Assembly (NCBI RefSeq): GCF_009914755.1
Contig: NC_060929.1
DNA length: 64,000 bases
Direction: 5' to 3' (one strand)
DNA from: the human T2T-CHM13v2.0 reference genome, Homo sapiens
Positions 1-12,830 of the stretch are shown here, piece after piece (the first letter of the stretch is position 1; each line of letters opens with the position of its first letter). The notes under the pieces were generated by a model. That model saw only the letters and a list, made by a program, of their open reading frames with translations, was not told where the DNA came from and searched no databases. Position numbers and translations under genes: made by a program.

Positions 1-1000
1 TTCTATTGAAAAACTTAGCAAGTACCATGGTGCTACTTAAGGACACAAGGAGCCATTGTTTCCCTTTATTTGAGTATTAAGGCCAGAACTCATGATTCAT
101 TCTCAAAAGTGCTTCCTACCACAACATTTGACATCCTTAAAAATTAAAGTTTGTGAAAAATGTAATTAAGGTAATTGTCAAAATAGGGATCTTATTCATG
201 GTGAAACATAAAGACCTACTTGTTTTTATTATGATGAAACCAAAATTTTGTGTGTTTATTATAGACATTTTTATGTTTATTATAGCCAATTCAAGGCTAT
301 TATGAGATTTCTAGCATTGTCCTTCACCTGCAATCCAATTTTTTCTTGAATAGGAAAGAAAAGGATAGATCTGCTTCTAGCTTAGGATGAATTTTACTAA
401 TCCTCAGCCTACTATATTTATGACCTTTACTGATCCACTTTTGAATTGTGCCTATTTAAGAGTACTATAAAAGAGTACTATATTTCCTGGTACTCTTTTA
501 TTTTCTGGGGTAAAGACTTTTGGGGGGATCAAAATATGGCTAACCTTTGGGAACATGTTATTAGTGTGAATATCATGAGCGTAATAGAGGAAAAAAGCCT
601 GAGATCCACTGTCTCATACGACCAACTGTCACCTCCTTCCCCTTGGATTTATTGAGCTATTAACAGGAAACCAAAACTTGGTTCTGGTGATCAGGACTCC
701 CACATCATGTGCATGGCAGGGTTGCTGGGCAACATGAAAACCCAACTGAAGAGTCTTAACATTAGCATAGATGATTTAGAAACACAGAAGTAGATGGTGT
801 CCCCTACTGCAATCTAGATCATCATCTTACCAAAGAGGCAATAGACCCAGCTGCCCTGGAGGCAAACCGAGAGGCTTTGGGAGAAGAGTCTTCAGAACTC
901 AGAAGAAAGTTGCTAATAAGCACATCAGTCTAACTGAGGCTGAAGCAAGATTCTATGTTCAAAATTTAGTTCTAAAGGAAACAAAGACTTGAACAAGGCT

Positions 1001-1400
1001 TCATTCATTCATTCATTCATTCATGTATTCACTCATTTAACAAAGAGGTATTGAGGGTCTCTGATGTGTCAGGCACCATGCTGGGCTCTGGGGATCATGA
1101 GGTGAACAAGGAAGACATAGTCATGCATTCCCAGAACTAATATAGTACCACAGGAAAAAGATTAGGAAAGATTAAGCGTCCGGTAAGAGATGTAATTACA
1201 CTTGTACTGTTACTTAAAGAAAAATACAGAAGTTTGGGCAGTCAGGAAAGTTTCCAGGTGGAAGCAAAGTTGTTTAAGCTGAGGCTTAAAGAAAGGAGAA
1301 AAGATTGATTAGGTTAAGAGGAGAGGGCTGGCGGGAAGGGGAAAATGATGGGAGGCTGTCCCAGGTAGAGCAAACAGCAGGTATGAAGTGCCTGAGGCAG
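1001..1400 (-). mobile_element. L2 LINE 3' fragment
   Basis: (TTCA)n followed by 'tcatttaacaaagaggtattgagggtctctgatgtgtcaggcaccatgctgggc', the reverse complement of the L2 3' end; boundaries approximate. Confidence 0.75.
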
Positions 1401-1589
1401 GAGGGAGTGCAGAGTATTGGCAAACAGATGCAGGGGCTAGATTGCAGCCTTCCCTCACCCGTTCAGCCAGGGATTCTTGTGCAGGGCACAATCTAAATAC
1501 CTACACAGAAACCTGGGGCTGTATACCATGGCAAATTCTCCTTTTTCGTTTTATTTGGCCTCTTAGTCATATTTCATACCAGTTTACCA

Positions 1590-2780
1590 CAGCCTTCTTC
1601 TTGAAACACTTTCTTCCCCAGGTTTCCATACCTCACACACCCCTCATCTTCCTTTTACCTATGCTAGTCTTTCCTTCAAAACTGGGCCTCCATTCATATG
1701 TCCCAAGGCCTCATTTTTACTCCTCCACTTTTTATTTGCACACTCCCTTGGTGATCTCTTCTGAACCCGAAGCTTTAAATCTCAATATGGTGATGATGTC
1801 TTCATTATCATCTCCAGCTCTGACTTGCCCTCTGAGACTCACATTCCTGAGTCCTACTGTTTATATGACATCCTTATGTATTTAATATGCATCACCTCAT
1901 AAAAATGAATTACATAGAACTCATTTCCCCCTCATACCCAACCTATTTCTCCATCTCAGGAAGTGGGATTTAATTCTTGTAGTTGCTTGGGTCAAAATCT
2001 CAGGAGCCATCCTTGATTCCTCTTTTTTTTCTTACCCTACAGCCACTCCATCAGCAAGTCCCATCAACTGTACATTTAAAATATATTTCAATATTTTACC
2101 AATTTTTCACTATCTCTACTTCTCCCACTTTAGTCCATGCCCATTAACACCTTGCACCTGGATGCAGGTAATAGCCATTCACTGGTCTCCTTCTGTCTAC
2201 CATGCCATCTAAAATCTATGGTACATTAAGACGTTAGGAAATTCTCTTCCTTGTGTACAAATCTAATGAATTCCTATTCAGACAAAATGCAGTCCTTACT
2301 GTGGTCTACAATGTCATATCTGTTTTGTCCCCTGACTACTTGTCCACAGCTCTCAACTCCTGTTCCGACTGTTCTCATCTACTAGGATCAAGTCACACTG
2401 GGGACTTCTGTTGATTAAACTCATTGTGCTTACTTTCTTCTCAGGGTTTTTGTACCTCTTCTCCCCTTGAGAACCAAAGATACCCCAGATACGCTCACTC
2501 CTGGATCATCTCACCCTCAGGCCACTGCTCAGGGAAGACGGTCTCCCTGAGTCACCTTTAGTAGCTCTTCCACCCCATAGTCAAGGGCTACCTTGTGGCT
2601 TGCCTTCATTCTCTTTATAGGCTTATCACAATCTAAAATTTTTATTTATATTTGTTTGTTTTTCTGCTCATCCTCATCTAAAAGCTAATGTTTCTGAAGG
2701 CAGAGACTTGGTCTGACTGGTAACTCTTACACTTAGAAAATGAACTGATGCTCAATAAATAATGAAGAGTGAGTGAATAA
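1590..2780 (+). mobile_element. L2 (L2a-like) LINE 3' portion
   Basis: L2 motifs such as 'ggagccatccttgattcctc' and 'ccatcagcaagtcc', ending in 'gctcaataaataatgaagagtgagtgaa'. Confidence 0.8.
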
Positions 2781-2903
2781 TTGAATTTCTGCAACCTTGA
2801 ATGTTATAATCAAGGCCAATACATTAATTTCCCAGAAATAGTTTCCTTGAAACTACCTACTTTTTCATACATTACAATCTAGATTCAAGGCCTACGAGGA
2901 CCC

Positions 2904-2953
2904 CTACATTGTAAACTTAGAACAAGGTCTACATTGTAAACTTAGAACAAGGT
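2904..2953. repeat. Perfect 25-bp tandem duplication
   Basis: CTACATTGTAAACTTAGAACAAGGT x2 (2904-2928, 2929-2953). Confidence 0.95.
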
Positions 2954-3019
2954 TGTGTGTACTGCATGTGGCTGGTGCTTAGAATTAGTAGCTCGTTGGA
3001 AGGGAATATATTGAAAATA

Positions 3020-3215
3020 ACAAGGGTCTTTAGATCAAGTGATCTGGATTTTAATCCGATCTCCAATTTTGCTATGCCAGGTTACAGACTTTTCTTATGC
3101 TGTTTCATCAACTATCCAATGGAAAAATACTACCTGACCTGCAGGTCTGTAATAAGGATTAGCCATATGTACAAAAAAAAATATGAGACCTGGCACACAG
3201 TAAATGTTCAGTAAA
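3020..3215 (+). mobile_element. MIR SINE
   Basis: Degenerate MIR core and 3' end 'cctggcacacagtaaatgttcagtaaa'. Confidence 0.65.
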
Positions 3216-4495
3216 CCACACTGGGCTGGTACTGATATTACAGCTTTCATTGACTGAAGCTATGAGAGTAACATGCCTAACCTAATTGTTTTTCCCTCCT
3301 TGCATTTCTATTTGCTCTTCTTGATTTTTACTTTCCATTTCATGACCCTCCTTCCTTCAAAACTATTTTAGACTTAGCTCTTCCATGTCCTTCATGCTTC
3401 TACTCCTGTCTGTCTCTACAGTCTCATCCTCTATTCATGGAGGTATACATTCGTTCCTTCGCTCATTCAGCTTATTCATCAAATATTTATTGAGTCCTTG
3501 CTTTAGGCCACATTTTAGGCTTCAGCAGAAAACAGTAAACCACTTAAAGTTTCCATATTGGGTCAATTATTTAAGTTCTTATGTAAATAATAGTCAAGAT
3601 TAGTACAGTTAAGGGATAGAAGCCAAGCCTAAAACATAGTACCTACATATAGCAAATAATCTGTCTTTCCTGACTTGGGATACAACCTGTTATAGTGGAA
3701 ACTATAAGGGATTTAGAGCCAGAATGATCAGATTCACATTTTAGCATTACCAGTGATGACCTGTGTGACTTGGAACATGTCTTCTCAGCTTTGCATTCCT
3801 CCTACCACCCCTCGACCACCACTGACACCTTTCTTATGCTCTAACATTCAGCTCTGGGAAGCCCTGCCTGACTCGTCTCCTTCTGGATTCCTAGCACATG
3901 GGTTACCCTTGTCTTGGCACTGACCACATCTGGGATTCCATGTCTGCCTCCACATCCCATTTTTAAGCTCCTTGAGGAATACAAAAATCATGTTTTTCTA
4001 CCTCTAGTCTTTAACATTGCACACACAGTGGCCAGTAAATGTCAAAACTGGTCCCAGTGAAATTTGGCTTTTCTCCTGTTTACACTGTGCCATTCGGTTT
4101 GCATGCTCTTCATTTGCCCTGGTGTGTTAGTTGTTTTGGAAGCATTGGTGCAGTGTTATTTGAGTGTTTGACCTTCCAAACTAAAGCATCACCTCTCCAA
4201 AGACAGGGACCCATCTTCTCCATGTTTATCCCTCCCACTGACATGTGCTCTGGTCTGGTCTGTGTAAATGTTCCCTGTTCATATTGTTGACTAAGTGTTG
4301 AGCAAGTAACTCTCCAAATGTTAAATCCTTTGAGGAGGTCAGCAAAATCCCTCCTTTGCCATTTCCCTTGTTCTTTGGGGACAAAAGAATCCCCCTAGAA
4401 TTACTTCTATGCTCTTCACTTGCCATCAGCCCCAAATGACCTCCTTGAAGGCACAGCCTCTGTAGGTAAAAGGTATTTGTTCATCTTTATGAATG

Positions 4496-4567
4496 TCAGT
4501 CTCTTGACATTCATGGTAAATAGACAAGTTCTCAGTCTCTTGACATTCATAGCAAATAGACAAATCC
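4496..4567. repeat. Imperfect 36-bp tandem duplication
   Basis: tcagtctcttgacattcatggtaaatagacaagttc / tcagtctcttgacattcatagcaaatagacaaatcc. Confidence 0.9.
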
Positions 4568-5009
4568 TTCAGTAAATGACAATGGTCCCCAGCATCACAT
4601 TAAAAGCTCTTGGGGATAAACACTCAAGAGTAGTCATGGTTCAGGCTCAACTTTCAAAGGCTTTGTAACGTGCTTACCTACAGAAAAAAAAAAAATTTAT
4701 ACCGTCACCTGTTATAGCCTCAACAGCAGCAGTTTGAGAGCCCTCATCTATATTTAAACTTGTTCTTTCTTAGTCAGGTACAGGAATGTTTTCCGCCAGC
4801 ATTTCCAAACAGCAAGATAGATGTGGCAGCTTCCAGTATAACAAACAGCTCACAGGAGGGATGCTTCTTTGGTATTTACTACCACATAGGTTTGCCAGAT
4901 AATGCCCATCTTATGCCCCCATCGGAGTTGCCATTTCAGTGACTTTCTCTCAAATCCTGAACAAATTCTAGAGTCTTGAGCCTCCCGGTGGGCCATTTCA
5001 GCAATAGCC

Positions 5010-5800
5010 TATTCATTACTCATTATTGAATTAACAAATATTTGTCAGGTATTTGCTATGACTTGAGCACCTGCTACTGCTTGAGAAGTAGATTGGTGTA
5101 ATTAGTTAAAAGCACAGACTCAGAAAACCAAATTACCTGGATTGAACACCCAGATATCTCACTTATTAGCAGTGAAAGTTTACGGTAGCACACTTAACCT
5201 CTGTATGCTTCAGTTTTTCCATTAGAATTGGTTAGTAATGGCTGTTGTTAGTATTATTCCCATATTCCTGGTCCTGGAGATACAATGATGAGCAAATTGT
5301 TAAAGCTCTTGCTTACAGTCCAACAAGAGAGGTCAATACAATAATTACACTAATGATTGTATACAGTAATTACAAACAAAGATATATACAATATACTATA
5401 TGGGAAAGGAATGCAAGAAGGGAATGTGAGGGCCTAATCACAAAAGAAACGGTCCTGAACTTGAGCATCAGCCCTGTGCACTACATAATCTATGAGCATT
5501 AGCTAGGCAACAGGGCAGAAGAGCGTCCCAGGGAGAGGGAAATACATTTGCTGAGGTTGCATGGGTAGAGGCAGGGAGTGGTAGGCTGGGGAAGAATGGA
5601 GAAGAGCTATGAAAGGTCTTTCAAGCCATGTTGAAGCTTTTAGTCATTATCAATTTGGGAGTGAGAATTCACTGAAGGATTCTAAACAGGTAGGGTCCTA
5701 GTGTTGGATTTGTGTCTTAAAGAAGTATTCTGCCTGCACCTTAGAAAATGGATTAGCAAGGCATCAGAAAATAGTCATCAGATGGCCCTGCTTAAGTGGC
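5010..5800 (-). mobile_element. L2 fragment interrupted by a + strand MIR (about 5090-5230)
   Basis: L2 tail reverse complement 'ttaacaaatatttgtcagg'; MIR core 'cacttaacctctgtatgcttcagttttcc'; L2 'ggagtgagaattcactgaaggattctaaacagg'. Confidence 0.65.
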
Positions 5801-6529
5801 CATTCAACAATGGAAGCCAAAGATGAAGGTAGCTTTGATTATGATGGTGTGGGTAGAGAGGGAGATCAATAGTTTAGCTCCTTTTTCATGTTACCTGGTA
5901 TCTCCTACCCTTGGAATACCAGCTCCGCCTTTTACCCAAGGTGATGGAGTAGTTAATTTTCATAAACTCTCTTATTAGACTCTAAAATTCTCAGATCTCC
6001 TATTGGGAGGGAGAGACCACAAACTGATGTTAAAATGTTCAGAAATTATGTCCTAGATGCATGGAAACTTCTGGTGATGCTGAGGAGCCGAAAGATAAAT
6101 ATAGTACGTGTTCAGGAAGAAAAGAAGAGAATTGCTGAAATCAATGATAAATTTCATTCTCATAAAATAAAAATAAAGGTGGTCCAAGTAAGTGTGTTGG
6201 CCATGACTTTCCAAGGATGAATGAGTTTTATGGGATGGTGCACAGCCCTTTGGCACCTTCAGTGGAAAAGTTCTTCTCCCTGGATGTGGCACAGACTTTG
6301 CTTTTGCACAAAGGCAGACCTTGGCTAACGTTGCACACGCCTGTGTTGACAGTTTTAAGATATGAAAATTTCAAAGACAGGGGTTTGGAAAATGGGTCTT
6401 TGCCAGAGTGCCTGATGCAGGAAGAAAACATTTGGAATTAGATTAGAATCTTCCTGTTTACTACCAGGAAATGGAGACAGAGTCACAACTCTTAGGTACG
6501 AAACACTGAAATGAAAACAGCAGGAAAGG

Positions 6530-6750
6530 TTAATAGCTTAAATCTTGTTGAGCACTATTAGCTTCTTTACCTACTTCATGCTTATTTAGTCTTCATGACA
6601 ACGTTGGGGTATTTCATGATACCCTCATTTTTTAAATGAAGAAATTCAAGCTCAGAAAAATTAAATGACTTATTCACGGTGACACAACTTGGGAGTGTAG
6701 AGATACGATTTGAACCTATTACAACCTGGTGCTCAAACTCATCCTCCTTC
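6530..6750 (-). mobile_element. MIR SINE
   Basis: 'cctcattttttaaatgaagaaattcaagctcagaaaaattaaatgacttattcacggtgacacaac' is the reverse-strand MIR core. Confidence 0.8.
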
Positions 6751-7749
6751 TACTTTATGAGATCTCTATGACATTGTTTGCCTAGTCTCATCATTGGCTT
6801 AAGCGAGTTTCTCTATAAGGACCTCCCTTCTCATCCCTCTTTCAAAAGTGTAAATAGCTCCCTTTGGGAGTAATAAGAAAGAAAGGCAAATAAGATGGGG
6901 AAAATCAACGGCTCTACTACTTTTCTGTTTCTCCAGCAGCAGAGCTTAGGGCTGAATGACAAAATACTGGAAGAAGGAAAAAATGTTTTATAAAAAACAA
7001 CAGAAACATCATCTATGGGTAATGTGTCATAGCATTGAAATTGGTACCAGGTGCTACTTAGGTCTGATGGATTTATTAAGGGAAATATTGTGATTAAGAT
7101 AGAGTTTACCATTCATTTTCTTGCCTTATGGTCTCTACCTTGTGTCCCTCAAATGCCCACTGGCATCCAGCCTTCTTTAATAACCTTCTGGTCATCAAAA
7201 TCATTAACAGCAGTTTCCTCACTGGGGATATTGGTTGGGTCAGGTAGAGTGCTAACGTTCTCTGGAAGAAAGTAACTGCTTAAATCACAGGCAAATGCTA
7301 TAATCCAATCTCTAACAGCTGTAGCAAGAATACATTAGTAAGTTATATTGAAATTCTAGGATGACTAGAATTTAAATATATATACACATAGAAATATACA
7401 TACACATACACACACATATTCCAGGCCTTAAGTCTGAACCTCAACCCTGTATTCATTCCTTTGATATTTTTCCTGCTCTACATTAATGAGTAGATAGCTC
7501 TAACTTCCTTTGCTTCTATAAGTCACATTGACAACTTTAGCCACTTCAATGTCTCATCTGTATAACTACGGATTTAATATTTTTAAATCAACATAATTTC
7601 TCATACTCAGCTTCATTCTAAACATAAAAAATGAGACTGGTAGTAGTTATGTTTCTCTGTATATATTATAGTCAATACATAACTATTATTCCTGTGTACC
7701 CTCCAAGTTAACCTCCTGTGAGATCAGTATGTAAACTACATTAGAGAAA

Positions 7750-8160
7750 CTTCCTGTGTGGTGAAAGGAGACCAGCTCTGTCACTTATAGGCCAGTGGCT
7801 GCAGTCATGTTCTTCCCAACTCCTAATAAGAGTCTCCCCATCTGCAAAATGAGAGTTATTACCTGTCACATACAGCTATTATGGGGATTCAGTGAGACAA
7901 TTTGTGATAATTCAAATTGGTTTGGTTCCTACTGTCTATCAGACACCATACTATGCTCTAATTGTACATGTTTTCCTATTTTATTCTGACAACTGTCTTA
8001 TAAGCAAAGCATTCCAGTTATGTCCACTTCTGATTATCAGGCTTTGGTGAAGAGGTTCCTCTTTCCTCAAGTAGTAGAGTGAGAATTTCTGCCTTATTAT
8101 GAAGCCCCCTTTCTGCCTTATTATGAAGCCCAGGCTTCTGACCTCTTTCTCTGCACCATC
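7750..8160. mobile_element. Two adjacent MIRs in opposite orientation (+ about 7750-7910, - about 7920-8160)
   Basis: 'agtctccccatctgcaaaatgagag' on + strand, then a degenerate reverse MIR containing a 24-bp-period duplication at 8086-8131. Confidence 0.55.
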
Positions 8161-8794
8161 AGTGTGTCTAGCACCGGGCTCTGTACCGTAATTAGATCTC
8201 TCAGACTCTCACACTCAATAACCATGTATTTCTCTCCCATTGTATGAAGGTACCAACTTATGTTGTTCTATCCAGGTTGCTAGATTCTTGCTGGCCAGGG
8301 CTGCCTTATTCTCCCCTCACGGCCACCAGTACCATATGGCATAAAGTTGATGCTGAAGAGCTATTTGTAGATGACTTAAATGAGGGCTCTGAGATCGCAA
8401 CTGAATCTGCCTTGAGAAAGACAATGTTTCAACTCTCTGTAGTGACTCTAGGACAGGTTGGTTGTACACAGGAACCATACAAGCCTGAACAACTCACCAG
8501 ATGAGAGTCTGAAAGTCAAGTTCCCTTGTTTTCCCTCCTTAGCCAAAGATTTCTGCCTTTATAAAGAAGACTTTTGTAATCTGTGTGTACCCTTTCAGAG
8601 TTAATTAGAAATCTGAGATTCATTTTTCACAGGGAAATGGAGAAATATTGCACTTGCCATACTTGGTGTCTGGAGAAGGATGAAAGGTGATACTGAGGTG
8701 AGAAAAGGGCATGCCTGGACAAACAAGACTCTGCTTCTTCCATAACTCCATGGAGAATTCTTCCCTATTCTGTCTTCCTTTATTTCCCTGATGT

Positions 8795-8876
8795 AAATAG
8801 TTATTAGCCTTTTCTGTTTTATGACTAGTTTTAAAGAGCTGATGGAAACTATTGGCCCTTCCCTTAGGAAAATGTG

Positions 8877-8915
<39 letters not shown>

Positions 8916-9000
8916 TTGTACACAATTGCAAGAACTAAATGGACCTTCCTGAGAATCTACGGCCCTCTGCTCAGGCCCCACCTTCAGGTTAATATTCTCA
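8795..9000. mobile_element. Non-autonomous hAT-Charlie DNA transposon (subfamily not assigned)
   Basis: 'gagctgatggaaactattggcccttcccttaggaaaatgtgtata..caggttaatattc' resembles short Charlie-type MITEs. Confidence 0.5.
8881..8912. repeat. (CA)16 microsatellite
   Basis: Perfect CA run. Confidence 0.98.
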
Positions 9001-12000
9001 AGGGTTCTGGAGACTTTGTGAGATATTCTCTCCAGGGAAAGATGACAACCCATTTGGGATGTCTTCTGTTATATTGAAAACAAGTATTTGTTTCTCAGGA
9101 ACAACTTGGGTGCTTCTAAGTTGTTAGGAAGCATATTCATTTAAAAAGAGTTAAAATAACACTAGAATTTCTTGCCTCGGGCAATATTAATATCCTATCA
9201 CAGCATTTAAACCAGAAGAGAAGAAAAGATAACAAAGAGGGAGAGATGGCATATCAATTATGGTAATTAAACACCCAAACCTGACTATTTAAAAGTAACT
9301 TTCCTATGTCTGCACTGACAAGCAATATAGAAATAATAATAATGATGAAAGCAAAAACTTAAACAGCTCTTACTAAGCACTAGGTGTTATTCCACATGCT
9401 TTAACTAATATGAATGATTACGTTATCGATTCCTTCAAGAAAAGTACAAGAAAGGGAAAAGATTTTATTTTTCTTAAACAGAGCCCAGAGTGGAATAGAG
9501 ATTTAAAATATTCCATTGATGTGACTGTCGAATTTGTATTACTTTTTTGTTTTGATGCTTTACTGGGTAAATTTTTATGTCTCCAAGGATTTAATGGGAT
9601 CCAATCAACTTGCCACTCAGCAGGGGAGGTCCAAGGATTCCTACCTCTCCATGGGCCATCTGGGTGGCAACAAGTGGATTAATTGTACAAAGCCCAGACT
9701 CCTTCAGAGGAATTTCATAAACCCTAATGCCTTGCTTACCCCCATTGTTCTCTAGGAAAATTCTTGTTTTCCACCTCTGTTGGTATGTTGCAAACACTTT
9801 ATCCCAGAGACACTGGGGGCCATGGGGAATGGAATGCTGCCCATGAGCCAGATGTTTGTAAACCTTAGCTCTGAAATGTGGCACGATACCACAAACTGTC
9901 AAGTTGTATAAAAACTAAAGCAAAGACAAAAACAGAATGTAATATTTACCAGATGAGATTTGTGTGTGTGTGTAATCTTGTTGGAATTTTGGGAGTATCC
10001 AACTCTCATACATTTCAAAACGGGCCTTGTGTCCCACTCCATTCTACCCCCCACCCATCACCACCCCCCACCCCACCCCAGTTTCTCCCTCTTGCACAGG
10101 GAAGGAGAAAGTTAAGAGAGTGAAAGGTTTTGTCCTAATAAACAATGAGCTTGATATAGCCCTAGGCACTTAGCTATACATTGAAGGATATACAAGACGT
10201 TTTTGGCCCCATCTCAGAGGGAGAGTCCTGAAAATATTTCTGGAACAATTTTCAGAAGTAGTGTGAAACAATGGGATATTATGTGTGTTGGCGATTTTTA
10301 TTCTGCATGAGTGGTTAAACAGTTATATAAGCTCTATGTTTGTTAGCTTGTCCAAAATTTTAGCATGTATAAAATGAAACTAGATTCAAGTGAGAATTCC
10401 AAACATATGGAATAAAATATTTTTCTCAGTATGACTATTGATATAATTTCATTATGTGTATATTCTGACACAAATGAACAGCCTGAAGAAACCAATAGGA
10501 GATACCTGTTTAAATGACTTTAGGATGAATCAAAATGGGAAAAGATGAGAGAATTTTAAATGCATTTGAAACACAGGTTATTTTGGAGAAACATCAGGTT
10601 ATTTAATTTTGAAAAGGTAGGGAATCCTTTTAGTTTGAAGGGCTACATCACAAGTTTGGGTACCCTTCCTATTGAGAGAGGAAGTGAGAAATTTGACTGA
10701 GTGGTTTCATTGTGACAGACACATTTGTAAAAGGTAGGTCTAGCCCGCCAGTTTTGTACCATATTACCCTTCCTCCCTTACAACTGGTTAGAACAGGGGT
10801 AGATTCAGGACTTAGGGGGAGGTAGGCCGAAGACTAGATGATAACGCATTCAGTTCTTTCTCTTGAAAATCTGAACTAAGAGACGCGTCACCTGGAATCA
10901 GACAATGGCAGGCATCTTAATGAAAGGTTACATTGAGATGAGAATGAGGTGGCCTTTTTCAGCCAATTGTGAGCTGAGAGAGTAGCAGAGAAAGCCAATC
11001 TGCCCTGACAAGTGGGAACTTTGATCAGTGGCACAGAGAAAAGAATATAAGAGGTGTGTTCCCAGAAAGAGAAACATGGAAAGCGTAGATGTCTCGAGGA
11101 TGGATGGTTTTCCATTTCCTGTCCACGTAAATCTCTAAAATGGATCACTCCCTGATTCGGAGCTAGCTATATGGATTTCTCTTACACAGATGCGAACTGC
11201 CAAAACGCCTCTGCTGGTAATAGAAAGTTCTAGCACCATTAAACTCAAGACTAGAAAAAATAACCAACCATTTCACTTTCTCAAGTTATACAAATGTAAC
11301 ATGTAAATTTTGCCTTACAGATATAGAAATTTTACAAAACTTGTTGTTTACTTGGTTGGTTTTTTACAAAAATCTCTCACACCTTTGGGTGACACTGGGG
11401 TGTAGCAAAACCAGTGTAAGAAACGTGTTTGCTGGGGAAAACATAGTGACTGTGCTTGGCATAAAGCTGTGTTTAATAATTGGGTATTGAATGGAATTTA
11501 CGGCATTACACAAGATAGGTGAGAGCAGGGTGGGTTTGCAAATAAAGCTGCTAATACCTACATTCCAAGTCTACCATAGATGGTTGATTTTAATTCTTTT
11601 TATCCAGCTGTGTTGCAGCAAGTGCAACTGGATTTGTTAATAGTGAATTAAATGAAATAGATACTGTACATGTGCATTATGGGAACCATAAACTCCATAA
11701 CCTTACCAGAAGATTCTAGAGGAGGAGACAAAGATTCCCATGGTGTGCTAGTGGATAATTTGAAAGAAACTACCTTACTTTCAAGTCTCACTCTGATTAA
11801 TAGAGGCTCTGATGACAAAAGATCAAGCTGCCACTTTAGGAGGTCAAGATTCTAGTTTCAAATTGCAATTAAAATGGATTTCTGCATCCATTGCCAACCC
11901 CTCCCACCCTCCATCCAGCACTTCCTTTCCCCACCCCAGTCCCTGGATTTCTCATTTATGCTGTGGCTTTCCCAAACACTGAGCTGAGAAGGGAGTCTTT

Positions 12001-12019
12001 TTGCAAATTAGCACACACA

Positions 12020-12240
12020 TTAATGATGAATACTATTGACTGACACTATGTGCTGGGCACCTTGCCTTCATATAACTTGTCTCCTTAAGGGTTATGTGTG
12101 ATAGACATTTTTCTGATCTCTCTTTTACAGGTGCAGACAGCTATGCTCTCAGAGGTCAGGTTACTTGCCCAAAGTTACACAGCTCTTAGTGACAGAGCTG
12201 GGATTTCCCCACTGATCTGACTGCACAGCCTGTGTTATAA
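12020..12240 (-). mobile_element. MIR SINE
   Basis: 'ctcagaggtcaggttacttgcccaaagttacacagctcttagtgacagagctgggatt'. Confidence 0.8.
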
Positions 12241-12729
12241 ACAACTAAAGCCTTCGAATTACATAGTTGTATGCTTGATTCTTGAAAAGACCCAGTCCCA
12301 GGGTTATTTCAGATCTTAGAAATGTTTTCATAAATGACCAGGAACCTAGACCAGAAAGCTATAGATTCTCTAGTTAAGAAAATACTAGTTGCCAGTTTAA
12401 ACAGTATGATTTTTTCATATGCCCACTAGTATAAAGTGATCTTGACAGTTTTTTCTATATGGAAATAAAAATCACCACCTATTGTATTATCAACGGCAAC
12501 ACATTGAGTTGACATATAATAAATGTTTTCTAAATTTGAACTACAAAGGTCATTTAACTTCATATAAATTAATATACGTATATTTAAAACTCATATTCTG
12601 AGATGGTCTTTATTCACTCATATTTCAAGGAACTTAGGGCAGGCCTACCTCCTGCATAATTCTATGTACAAACAAGGCTCACAAATAATAATTTTCCTAA
12701 ACAAATGCAAAATTCTTTGGATTTACCTG

Positions 12730-12830
12730 CTTTGTGTTAGGAATCAGGAGAGATTGTTGATCTACTTTGTGTTAGGAATCAGGAGAGATTGTTGATCTAC
12801 TTTGTGTTAGGAATTGGGAGAGATCGTTGA
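12730..12830. repeat. 35-bp minisatellite, about 2.9 copies
   Basis: CTTTGTGTTAGGAATCAGGAGAGATTGTTGATCTA perfect x2 (12730-12799) plus a diverged third copy. Confidence 0.95.

Noticed and set aside
6035-6220. Charged ORF segment (EEKKRIAEINDK) followed by donor CAA|gtaagt
   Set aside because: The nearest acceptor lacks a pyrimidine tract and the peptide is not recognisable.
12730-12830. 35-bp repeats of CRISPR-like length
   Set aside because: Directly tandem with no spacers, no cas genes, eukaryotic context.
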